Assembly: GCA_023451115.1 (NCBI GenBank)
Contig: JAEXFV010000117.1
Span: 1-51,964 of the forward strand
DNA: 51,964 bases
Direction: 5' to 3'
Source: Bacillota bacterium
GTDB lineage: Bacteria > Bacillota > Clostridia > Christensenellales > CAG-138
Shown: one piece after another, positions 29,033 to 37,881 of the stretch
Numbering within the stretch: position 1 is the stretch's first letter
Layout of the letters: every line of letters begins with the position of its first letter
The notes under the pieces: model-generated
Databases searched by the model: none
What the model was told of the DNA's origin: nothing
The model's input: the letters and a program-made list of their open reading frames with translations, nothing else
Program-made: the position numbers and the translations under genes

Positions 29033-31330
29033 ATGGCGGTTGGAAAAAGCGTAAAACGTGTGGACGCTTATGATAAAGTCACAGGCCGCGCCCGGTATAC
29101 CGATGATTTTTATGAGCGCAACCCTTTGGTGGCAAAAGTGCTCCACAGCACCATTGCAAACGGCAGGGTAGTGAAGATGGACATTCAGGAGGCGCTCTGC
29201 ATACCAGGTGTGGTAAAAGTTGTCACCTGCTTTGACGTGCCGGATATTGCTTTCCCCACCGCAGGGCACCCTTGGAGTACAGACCCTGCCCACCAAGATG
29301 TGGCGGACCGCAAGCTGTTAAATGCCCGGGTTCGGCTCTACGGCGATGATATTGCCGCAGTAGTAGCGGAGAATGAAATCGCCGCGGCGCAAGCGCTGAA
29401 AAAGATTAAGGTGGAATATGAGGAATATCCGCCGCTGTTGAGCGTGGAAGCGGCTATGGCGCCCGGCGCAACACCGTTGCACCAGCGTTTCCCGGATAAT
29501 ATCCTGGCCCACAGCGGCGTTGAACAGGGGGACTATGAAAAGACCAAATCCCAGCCAGGGCTGATGCGGTTTGAAGGCTGGTATGAACCCCCTACTGTGC
29601 ATCACTGCCATATTGAACCGCCGATCTCTTATGCCTATATGGAAGGCGGGCGCATTGTGGTGGTATCCTCTACCCAAATTCCCCATATTGTGCGGCGGGT
29701 AGTGGGTCAGGCGCTTGGCATTCCATGGGGTAAGGTGCGCATTATCAAGCCCTATATAGGGGGCGGTTTCGGCAACAAACAGGATGCGTTGTACGAGCCT
29801 CTTAACGCCTATTTGACCACTCTGGTGGGCGGGCGATGCGTCAAGCTGGAGCTAAGTCGGGAGGAAACCTTCGTATCCACCCGGGTGCGCCACGCGATTC
29901 AATACCATTTGGTGTCCTATGTGCAGCCGGATGGCAAACTGGTGGCGCGTAAAATGGAGGCTTGGAGCAACCAGGGTGCTTATGCCTCCCATGGCCATGG
30001 CATTGTAGCCAAGGGGATCACCGGGTTTAAACAGCTTTATCCTTATGCAGAAGCGATTAAGGCTGACGCTTGGACGGTGTTTACCAATATGCCTGCTTCC
30101 GGTGCCATGCGTGGGTATGGTATCCCCCAGGCCATGTTTGCTGTAGAAAGCCATACGGAGGATATTGCAAAGGGCCTGGGGATAGACTCGGTGGAATTCC
30201 GGCGTATGAATATGATGCGCAAGGGGTTTTATGAAGATTTCTCAAAAAACGAGTGCTATGAAGACAGCCTGGAGCAATGCATACAAAAGGGCAAAGAATA
30301 TATTCATTGGGACGAAAAAGTAGCCCGCTATAGCAACCAGACTGGCCCCATCCGGCGGGGAGTAGGCATGGCTATTTTCTGGTATAATACGGCGGTGTGG
30401 CCGATTTCCCTGGAAGCCAGCACGTGCCGCATGGTATTGAACCAGGATGGATCTGTGCAGGTGCAGATGCCGGAAACGGAAATCGGCCAGGGCGCGGATA
30501 CAGCCTTTGCCCAGATGACAGCCCAGGTGCTGTCTATCCCCCTGGAGGATGTGCACATGATATCCACGCAAGATACGGATATCACTCCCTTTGGCACTGG
30601 CGCTTATGCATCCAGGCAAACCTATATTGGAGGCTTTGCCATTCGGCAGACCGGGGAGTTGTTGAAGGGGAAAATTTTATCCTATGCACACGAACTGTAC
30701 CGAATCCCCCAATGCAACCTGGATTTGCAGGACGGCTGCATCGTCAACACCAGCAGCGGGCGCAAACTGGGCACGTTGGCAGAGGTTGCAACTGAGTCGT
30801 TGTATAGCCTTACCCATGCACAGCATATTACCGCGGAAAGCACGTATCAGTGTAAGACCAACGCATTGTCTTTGGGATGTTCTTTTGCTGAGGTAGAGGT
30901 GGATATCCCATTAGGTAAGGTAAAAGTGCTGGATATCATCAACGTTCACGACTGTGGTAAGCTCATCAATCCCCAGTTGGCTGCGGCCCAGGTGCATGGT
31001 GGTATGAGCATGGCTTTGGGCTTTGGTTTGAGCGAGCAGCTGCTTTTTGATGAAAAAACCGGCAGACCTTTAAACAATAACCTGTTGGATTATAAGATCC
31101 CTACTATGATGGATCAGCCGGACTTCCAGGCGGATTTTGTAGAAAATGCGGAACCTACCAGCGCTTTTGGCACCAAGGCTTTGGGCGAGCCTCCGGCGGT
31201 ACCCGGTGCGCCTGCCATCCGCAACGCTGTGCTTCACGCCACGGGGGTAGCATTTAACACCGCGCCGTTGACGCCCCAGCGTTTGGTAGAAGGGTTTGTG
31301 CAGGCGGGGTTGCTCCCCAAACGTTCATAA
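29033..31330 (+). CDS. xdhA: Xanthine dehydrogenase-family molybdopterin-binding large subunit
   Basis: 765 aa: VKRVDAYDKVTGRARYTDD, GGGFGNK, AMRGYG and TEIGQGADT. It is followed by the FAD and 2Fe-2S subunit genes. Confidence 0.9.
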   Translation: MAVGKSVKRVDAYDKVTGRARYTDDFYERNPLVAKVLHSTIANGRVVKMDIQEALCIPGVVKVVTCFDVPDIAFPTAGHPWSTDPAHQDVADRKLLNARVRLYGDDIAAVVAENEIAAAQALKKIKVEYEEYPPLLSVEAAMAPGATPLHQRFPDNILAHSGVEQGDYEKTKSQPGLMRFEGWYEPPTVHHCHIEPPISYAYMEGGRIVVVSSTQIPHIVRRVVGQALGIPWGKVRIIKPYIGGGFGNKQDALYEPLNAYLTTLVGGRCVKLELSREETFVSTRVRHAIQYHLVSYVQPDGKLVARKMEAWSNQGAYASHGHGIVAKGITGFKQLYPYAEAIKADAWTVFTNMPASGAMRGYGIPQAMFAVESHTEDIAKGLGIDSVEFRRMNMMRKGFYEDFSKNECYEDSLEQCIQKGKEYIHWDEKVARYSNQTGPIRRGVGMAIFWYNTAVWPISLEASTCRMVLNQDGSVQVQMPETEIGQGADTAFAQMTAQVLSIPLEDVHMISTQDTDITPFGTGAYASRQTYIGGFAIRQTGELLKGKILSYAHELYRIPQCNLDLQDGCIVNTSSGRKLGTLAEVATESLYSLTHAQHITAESTYQCKTNALSLGCSFAEVEVDIPLGKVKVLDIINVHDCGKLINPQLAAAQVHGGMSMALGFGLSEQLLFDEKTGRPLNNNLLDYKIPTMMDQPDFQADFVENAEPTSAFGTKALGEPPAVPGAPAIRNAVLHATGVAFNTAPLTPQRLVEGFVQAGLLPKRS

Positions 31331-31415
31331 AGAAGGCAGGCTGTGGGCATGCCGCATGGAACTTTGCTGAAATCCCCGAGATCCATTGGATTTGGGGGGA
31401 AGGAGGATTTGGCCT

Positions 31416-32297
31416 ATGTATGATATTCAGGCACTGTATGAGGCAACATCGGTGGCAAATGCAATCGAGCTATTGTGCGCCCATCCCGAAGCGTTGATTA
31501 TTGCCGGCGGCAGCGACATTTTAATTAAGCTGCGGGAAGGAAAGCTGGCGGGGTGCTCGCTGGTAAGTATTTTCAAGTTAGATGAACTGCGAGGGGTAGA
31601 GATGGAGCCGGATGGCACGTTGAAAATTTTGCCGTTGACCAGCTTTTCCCACATTACCAGGCATCCGCTCATTCAAAAACATGTCCCGGTTCTGGGCGAG
31701 GCGGTGGATCAGGTAGGCGGCCCTCAAATCCGCAACATCGGCACCATTGGCGGAAATATCTCCAATGGTGTCACCAGCGCTGATTCTGCGTCTACCTTGT
31801 TTGCCCTGGATGCGCAGGTGGAAATTACCGGCCCAAAAGGCGTGCGGAATTTGCCTATCCCGGACTTTTATCAGGGCCCGGGCCGTGTGGATCTGCAGCC
31901 AGGAGAACTGGTCACTGCCATCCGCATTCAAAAAGAGAGTTATGAAAACTGCTATGGCCATTATATCAAGTATGCCATGCGAAATGCTATGGACATTGCC
32001 ACTACCGGCTGCTCCTGCAACGTGGTGCTAAGCCAGGATAAGGCAACCATTCAACGCCTGCGGCTGGCCTTTGGCGTAGCAGGGCCTGTGCCGATGCGCT
32101 GCCATGAGGCAGAGGCCGCCGTGCAAGGCGCGCCGGTTTGCGAAAGCACGCTAGAGTTGCTTGCCCAGCAAGCCCTGAAAGAAGTGAAGCCGCGTACCAG
32201 CTGGCGGGCCAGCAAGGAATTCCGCTTGCAGCTGGTGGAGGAACTTTCCAAACGGGCGGCCAGGGAATGTATTCAGCTTGCGGGAGGTGCGCTATGA
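31416..32297 (+). CDS. xdhB: Xanthine dehydrogenase-family FAD-binding subunit
   Basis: I chose the ATG at 31416 (AGGAGG 9 nt upstream). IIAGGSDILIKLR and IRNIGTIGGNI are CO-dehydrogenase flavoprotein-type motifs. Confidence 0.87.
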   Translation: MYDIQALYEATSVANAIELLCAHPEALIIAGGSDILIKLREGKLAGCSLVSIFKLDELRGVEMEPDGTLKILPLTSFSHITRHPLIQKHVPVLGEAVDQVGGPQIRNIGTIGGNISNGVTSADSASTLFALDAQVEITGPKGVRNLPIPDFYQGPGRVDLQPGELVTAIRIQKESYENCYGHYIKYAMRNAMDIATTGCSCNVVLSQDKATIQRLRLAFGVAGPVPMRCHEAEAAVQGAPVCESTLELLAQQALKEVKPRTSWRASKEFRLQLVEELSKRAARECIQLAGGAL

Positions 32298-32770
32298 TGG
32301 AGCAAAAACTGGTTTGCTGCACGATCAATGGGAAACCATGCGAAAAATATGTGGATGTACGGGCTTCTTTGTGGGATATGCTTCACAACGATTACCAACT
32401 TACCAGCGTGAAAAAGGGTTGCGAGGTGGGAGAGTGCGGCGCGTGCACCGTGCTGATTGATGGGGAAACTTTTAACGCCTGCATTTACCTTGCAGTATGG
32501 GCGGACGGGAAAAACATCCGTACAACAGAAGGCTTGGCGCCGGAAGGGGAGCTGGCCCCCATCCAAAAAGCGTTTATTGGAGAAGCGGCAGTGCAGTGTG
32601 GCTTTTGCACGCCGGGTTTTCTGATGAGCGCTACGGAAATTCTGGAGAGCGGACAGCAGTATACCCGCGAGCAGCTTAGAAAGCAGCTTTCCGGCCACCT
32701 TTGCCGCTGTACCGGATATGAGAATATCCTCAACGCCGTAGAAAAAACCATGAAGGGCGAGTACCGGTAA
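32294..32770 (+). CDS. xdhC: Xanthine dehydrogenase-family [2Fe-2S] small subunit
   Basis: The ATG at 32294 overlaps the xdhB stop codon (ATGA). GCEVGECGACTVLIDG and QCGFCTPGF...CRCTGY are the two 2Fe-2S motifs. Confidence 0.9.
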   Translation: MMEQKLVCCTINGKPCEKYVDVRASLWDMLHNDYQLTSVKKGCEVGECGACTVLIDGETFNACIYLAVWADGKNIRTTEGLAPEGELAPIQKAFIGEAAVQCGFCTPGFLMSATEILESGQQYTREQLRKQLSGHLCRCTGYENILNAVEKTMKGEYR

Positions 32771-32877
32771 CAAAGAAATTTGAAAAAGGCAGGGGATAAT
32801 ATTTTTCCCCAAGATGTCGGGTATAGGATTTTGCAAAATCTTTTAAAACCACTGGTTTTCAAGTGGATTGCCGAAAA

Positions 32878-32907
32878 GAACGGCTGAAAGAGGCCGTTCT
32901 TTTTTAT
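32878..32907 (+). terminator. Terminator of the ade-xdh operon
   Basis: AGAACGGC-tgaaaga-GCCGTTCT followed by TTTTTTATT. Confidence 0.65.
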
Positions 32908-33003
32908 TCGTTAATGGCAAAACAATAGTTGACTTATAGAATAAAATCCATCAAAATATGCAGTATTAAAAAATAGCTTGTGATACCTAAAAGGGGGAAC
33001 AGC

Positions 33004-34281
33004 ATGGCAACTTACGAAGCAATGGACGCTGGGCAGCGAAAGGCAGAATACCAGGCGCTGGAAAGTCAATTTGCCGCCTGCAAAGCCAAGGGACTTAAAC
33101 TGGATATGTCCAGAGGAAAGCCGGGCAAGGAACAGCTTGACATTGTCGCTGGGCTGCTTACGGTGCTAACCACCCCGGAAGATTGTATTGCCGACGGCAT
33201 GGACACCCGCAATTATGGCGCACTGGACGGTATTCCCAGCGCCAAACGGCTGTTTGCAGAGCTTTTGGGGGTGCAGCCTGAAGAGGTGTTTGTAGGCGGC
33301 AATGCCAGCCTGCAGCTGATGTACGACACCATTTCCAAAGCCTTTACCCATGGCCTGCTGCACAGCGAAACGCCGTGGGCTAAGCTGGAAAAGGTAAAAT
33401 TTCTGTGCCCTTCCCCAGGATATGACAGGCACTTCAAAGTGACTCAGTCTTTTGGCGTGGAGCTGATCACCATTCCCATGACGCCGCAAGGCCCGGATAT
33501 GGATGCGGTAGAGGCAGCGATCCAGGACCCTGCCGTGAAAGGCATGTGGTGTGTACCCAAATACTCCAATCCAGAGGGGATCATTTATTCCGATGCTACC
33601 ATTGCCCGCATTGCAGCCATGAAGCCTGCGGCCAAAGATTTTGCCCTCATGTGGGATAATGCTTATTGCGTCCATGAGTTTGATGGAGATTTTGTGCCAT
33701 TTGCCGATATCCTCACCCTGTGCAGGGAGGCTGGCAACCCGGACATGGTGTTTGAGTTCGCTTCCACCTCAAAAATTACCCTGCCTGGGGCGGGTGTGGC
33801 GGTGATGGCTGCCAGCGTGGACAACATCAACTATATGAAAAAGCTGATGGGAATACAGGTTATCTGCTTTGATAAGGTAAATCAGCTACGGCATGTGCGT
33901 TATTTACAGGATAAAGAGCACATCCTGACGCTGATGAAGCGGCACGCTCAAGTGTTAAAACCCAAGTTTGAAGCCGTGCTGCAGGAGTTGGACCAGGAAA
34001 TTGCACCCCTTGGTATTGCCAGGTGGAATAGGCCCAAAGGCGGGTATTTCATCAGTTTGGATACCTTGCCCGGCTGCGCCAAACGTACATTGGCGTTATG
34101 CAGGGAAGCGGGTGTCGTCATGACGGAAGCTGGCGCTACCTTCCCGTATGGATTGGATCCCCGGGATACCAATATCCGTATCGCGCCCAGCTTGCCCCCG
34201 GTAAGCGAATTGGTAGAGGCCATCCAGGTGTTCTGCATTTGTCTGAAGATGGCGGCCCTGGAAAAACTGGGGATGGAATAG
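33004..34281 (+). CDS. Class I/II-fold PLP aminotransferase (PF12897 aspartate-aminotransferase-like family)
   Basis: I chose the ATG at 33004 (AAGGGGGA upstream). LDMSRGKPGKEQLD is near the N-terminus. NPEGIIYS and STSKITLPGAGVA (PLP Lys context) also fit the family. Confidence 0.83.
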   Translation: MATYEAMDAGQRKAEYQALESQFAACKAKGLKLDMSRGKPGKEQLDIVAGLLTVLTTPEDCIADGMDTRNYGALDGIPSAKRLFAELLGVQPEEVFVGGNASLQLMYDTISKAFTHGLLHSETPWAKLEKVKFLCPSPGYDRHFKVTQSFGVELITIPMTPQGPDMDAVEAAIQDPAVKGMWCVPKYSNPEGIIYSDATIARIAAMKPAAKDFALMWDNAYCVHEFDGDFVPFADILTLCREAGNPDMVFEFASTSKITLPGAGVAVMAASVDNINYMKKLMGIQVICFDKVNQLRHVRYLQDKEHILTLMKRHAQVLKPKFEAVLQELDQEIAPLGIARWNRPKGGYFISLDTLPGCAKRTLALCREAGVVMTEAGATFPYGLDPRDTNIRIAPSLPPVSELVEAIQVFCICLKMAALEKLGME

Positions 34282-34307
34282 AACACCCTGTAATTCGTTT
34301 TTATGAA

Positions 34308-34340
34308 GCGCCTCTGGTGATACAGGGGCGCATTTGCTTG
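34308..34340 (+). terminator. Possible terminator after the aminotransferase gene
   Basis: GCGCCTCTG-gtgata-CAGGGGCGC followed by a weak T-rich tail, ATTTGCTTG. Confidence 0.4.
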
Positions 34341-34458
34341 TAAAGAAAAAATGTTTTCTTGCATTTGTTTTGTATATATGGTTCAATAAAATCCGTGAGC
34401 TTTTCCTGTTTCCGTAACCAAACAGGGAAAGCCATTTTTCTCGTGAGGAGGATCATGC

Positions 34459-35166
34459 ATGGAGAAAAAGAAATTTTACACGGAGCTTGCTTATCTGCTT
34501 GGTTTATTGGCATTGGCCTTGGGCGCAGCGCTGATGGAAAAGGCGGACTTTGGCATGTCCATGGTAGTAGCGCCTGCGTATCTTCTTTACGCCCGCCTTT
34601 CCCAAATTTGGAGCTTTGTCACCTTTGGCATGATGGAATATTTGTTGCAGGCGGCCCTTTTGCTGTGTATGATACTGCTGTTGCGTAAATTTCGAATTTT
34701 TTATCTTTTCTCTTTTATTACGGCTATTTTATATGGTTTTCTGTTGGATGGATGTATGGCTCTGGTAGGCATCATGAGTGCTGACCTATTTGTATGGCGG
34801 CTGGTATTTTATATTTCAGGTGTTTGTTTATGCTCCATTGGAGTGGCATTTATGTTCCATACCTATATTGCGCCGGAAGTATACGAGCTGATTGTCAAAG
34901 AAATTGCCGCTCACTTCCAGTGGAAAATCCATCGAGTCAAAACTTGCTATGATTGCCTGAGCTGCCTTACTGCGGTGATTCTCTCCTTTGCTTTTTTTGG
35001 ACTTGGGCGGTTTGAGGGTGTAAAACTGGGCACCATCCTTTGCGCTTTTATAAACGGCTGGTTAATTGGGCGTTGCGGGCAATGGATGGAACGCCATTGG
35101 GACTTTCAGGACGCTTTTCCATTACGGCGCTTTTTTGTAAGCGGCCCTGACATAAAGAAAACGTAA
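34459..35166 (+). CDS. Polytopic membrane protein, YczE/DUF6198-like
   Basis: 235 aa with about six hydrophobic helices. The N-terminus KFYTELAYLLGLLALALGAALMEKADFGMSMVVAPAY resembles YczE/YitT-related small permease-like proteins. The assignment is tentative. Confidence 0.55.
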   Translation: MEKKKFYTELAYLLGLLALALGAALMEKADFGMSMVVAPAYLLYARLSQIWSFVTFGMMEYLLQAALLLCMILLLRKFRIFYLFSFITAILYGFLLDGCMALVGIMSADLFVWRLVFYISGVCLCSIGVAFMFHTYIAPEVYELIVKEIAAHFQWKIHRVKTCYDCLSCLTAVILSFAFFGLGRFEGVKLGTILCAFINGWLIGRCGQWMERHWDFQDAFPLRRFFVSGPDIKKT

Positions 35167-35251
35167 AAAAACAAGGAAAATGATGGACGCAATTGTAATC
35201 GCCTCAGTCCATATGATATGCTAAAATGACTAGCATGTTAAGTATATTGAG

Positions 35252-36886
35252 GTGATGGCAATAAGCAACAGCAATAAAAGAAAAAAATTCAGGGAGCATT
35301 TTGGCCATAACAAAACGGTGCTGAGAGAAAAGGTGCAGGAGTCTTTGGCTTCCGTGCTTCCCATAACAGGCATTGTACTGGTGCTTTGCTTCAGCATTGC
35401 CCCTATTCCCAGCTCTACGCTGATGGCCTTTATAATCGGTGCTGTGCTATTGATTGTGGGCATGGGGCTGTTTACTTTGGGGGCGGAAACCGCCATGATT
35501 CCCATTGGCGAACGGGTGGGTGTGCATATGACCAAATCCCGCAAGCTATGGATTGTGATTGCGGTGAGCTTTTTCATCGGCGTGGTGGTAACCATTTCAG
35601 AGCCGGATTTACAGGTGTTGGCTACCCAGGTTCCCACAATTCCCAACGCATTGCTCATTGGGGCGGTGGCAGTGGGCGTAGGAATTTTTTTGGTCATTGC
35701 CCTTTTGCGAATTCTGTTCAAAATCCCCCTTTCCTATCTTCTGATTGGCTTTTATGTGGTAGTCTTTGGATTGGCGACATTTGTTCCTTCGGAGTTTCTT
35801 TCCATTGCCTTTGATTCTGGCGGCGTTACCACAGGGCCTATGACAGTGCCTTTCATTATGGCATTGGGCATTGGCGTTTCGTCTATCCGCAGCGATACGG
35901 ATGCGGAAAACGATAGCTTTGGCCTGGTAGCCCTTTGTTCCATCGGGCCTATCTTGGCAGTGTTGATTTTGAGCATGGTGTTCCATTCCGGTGGAGGAAC
36001 GTATACCCCCCTTGCGATACCCGATGCCCAAGATAGCCGGGCGCTTTGGATGTTATTTGCCCATGGATTTCCGAATTATTTTGCAGAGATGGCGGTTTGC
36101 CTTGCGCCAATTGCGCTGTTTTTCGCCATCTTTCAAATTGTTTCATTAAAGCTAAGTAAAAAGAAAGTCCTTAAAATCATCATTGGAATTTTTTATACTT
36201 ACCTTGGCCTGGTGTTGTTTTTGACTGGGGTCAACGTAGGGTTTATGCCTGCAGGCAATTACCTGGGACAGCAAATTGCAGCGTTGCCGTATCGCTGGAT
36301 CATCATTCCGATTGGCATGCTGATGGGTTATTTCATTGTAAAGGCGGAGCCCGCCGTGCATGTGCTCAATAAGCAAGTGGAGGAGATTACCTCTGGCGCA
36401 ATCCCGGGCAAAGCGATGGGATTTAGCCTCTCCATCGGTGTGGCGGCTTCTATTGGCCTGGCTATGGCCCGGGTGCTTACCGGTATCTCCATCTTCTGGT
36501 TCCTGGTGCCCGGGTATCTTGCTGCGATTGTTATGACATTTTTTGTGCCTAAGATTTTTACGTCTATCGCCTTCGACTCTGGCGGTGTAGCCTCAGGCCC
36601 TATGACCGCAACATTTTTGCTGCCTTTTGCTATGGGCGCCTGCCAGGCTGTGGGAGGGAATATTGTGACGGACGCCTTTGGCGTGGTAGCAATGGTAGCA
36701 ATGACGCCGCTGATCACCATTCAACTCTTGGGGCTGGTGTATCAGCGCAAATTGCGAGAGGCTCCAAGGGGAGATTCTGTTGTGGAGGATATGCCTGTGG
36801 ATGTAGCCCTGCAAGAGGAAGAAGATTTCAACATGCAGCTTCCTGCGCCGCTGCAAACAGAGGATGACGAGATCATTGAGCTATAG
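35252..36886 (+). CDS. DUF1538 family membrane protein (two internal DUF1538 repeats), putative permease
   Basis: Duplicated signatures FDSGGVTTGPMTVPFIMALG and FDSGGVASGPMTATFLLPFAMG sit within a polytopic membrane protein of about 12 TM helices with an acidic C-terminal tail. Confidence 0.8.
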   Translation: MMAISNSNKRKKFREHFGHNKTVLREKVQESLASVLPITGIVLVLCFSIAPIPSSTLMAFIIGAVLLIVGMGLFTLGAETAMIPIGERVGVHMTKSRKLWIVIAVSFFIGVVVTISEPDLQVLATQVPTIPNALLIGAVAVGVGIFLVIALLRILFKIPLSYLLIGFYVVVFGLATFVPSEFLSIAFDSGGVTTGPMTVPFIMALGIGVSSIRSDTDAENDSFGLVALCSIGPILAVLILSMVFHSGGGTYTPLAIPDAQDSRALWMLFAHGFPNYFAEMAVCLAPIALFFAIFQIVSLKLSKKKVLKIIIGIFYTYLGLVLFLTGVNVGFMPAGNYLGQQIAALPYRWIIIPIGMLMGYFIVKAEPAVHVLNKQVEEITSGAIPGKAMGFSLSIGVAASIGLAMARVLTGISIFWFLVPGYLAAIVMTFFVPKIFTSIAFDSGGVASGPMTATFLLPFAMGACQAVGGNIVTDAFGVVAMVAMTPLITIQLLGLVYQRKLREAPRGDSVVEDMPVDVALQEEEDFNMQLPAPLQTEDDEIIEL

Positions 36887-36960
36887 TTTGCCGGGCTTGA
36901 CACGGCAGGGAGATTACCATAAGATGCAGAAACAGGATGTTGCAAAGGAGGGAAGCTGTC

Positions 36961-37644
36961 ATGGGCGGGATTGATTTCGTGATTACGATTACAGACCGCA
37001 GCCGGGGTGAAATGTTTTTGGCACGATACCGCAGCCATGGGGTTTCCATGGTATTAGGCGCCTTGGGACATGGCACGGCCACCGAGGAAGTGCTGGACTA
37101 CTTGGGCCTGGAAGCCACGGAAAAGGCAGTGCTGTTTTGTATGGTGGCACAAGCGCAGGTAAAGCGCTTTGTAAAAGATATTGTAAAGGAACTGTGGTTG
37201 GATGTGCCGGGGAACGGTATTTTGCTTACCGTTCCAGTTTCCAGCATTGGCGGCGCAGCCACCAAAGCGTATTTTATCCAGGATCAGCCTATGCAGACGG
37301 GAGAGATAGCAATGGAAAAAACAGCAACACACGAGCTGATTATTGTAATTACCAATCAAGGATTTACTGACCAGGTGATGGATGCAGCCCGTGGAGCAGG
37401 GGCTACGGGGGGCACAGTTCTCCACGCCAAGGGTACGGGCATGGAGCTGGCCCGCAAATTCTTTGGCGTATCCATCGCCGCGGAGAAGGAAATGATTTTT
37501 ATCGTAGCCAACCAGCAGGATAAAAATGCCATTATGAAAGCTGTAATGGCGGATGTGGGGATTCAGTCCAAGGCGCAGTCTATGGTGTTTTCCCTGCCGG
37601 TCAATCAAATTGCTGGATTACGGCTGCTGGAAGAGGAAGCATAA
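36961..37644 (+). CDS. Tandem P-II-like (nitrogen regulatory protein P-II superfamily) protein
   Basis: I chose the ATG at 36961 (AGGAGGG 9 nt upstream). There are two ~100-aa halves, each with a beta-alpha-beta P-II-like pattern (IDFVITITDRSRGEMFLARYRSHGV... and HELIIVITNQGFTDQVMDAARGAGATGGTVLHAKG...). Confidence 0.72.
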   Translation: MGGIDFVITITDRSRGEMFLARYRSHGVSMVLGALGHGTATEEVLDYLGLEATEKAVLFCMVAQAQVKRFVKDIVKELWLDVPGNGILLTVPVSSIGGAATKAYFIQDQPMQTGEIAMEKTATHELIIVITNQGFTDQVMDAARGAGATGGTVLHAKGTGMELARKFFGVSIAAEKEMIFIVANQQDKNAIMKAVMADVGIQSKAQSMVFSLPVNQIAGLRLLEEEA

Positions 37645-37670
37645 ACACAAGGACAATTTCTATAACGAAT

Positions 37671-37708
37671 AGGAGGCGCAGCGGTTTTTTAGCGGCCTCC
37701 TTTTATTG
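37671..37708 (+). terminator. Terminator after the DUF1538/P-II pair
   Basis: AGGAGGC...GCCTCCT stem followed by TTTTATTGTT. Confidence 0.65.
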
Positions 37709-37881
37709 TTGCCCAACAGGGAAAATGTTTTGGGTTTTGTAACATTCCTCAAACCAGGCGAGTTTTCAGGGCTTTTTCAGGGTAAATTAACAAAATAAGT
37801 TTTTTGTTTTGCTTGCCGGGGTGGACGGATGCTCTCCCAAAATGTAGAATGAAATGGGGAAATAACGGGAAAGAGAAAAAA

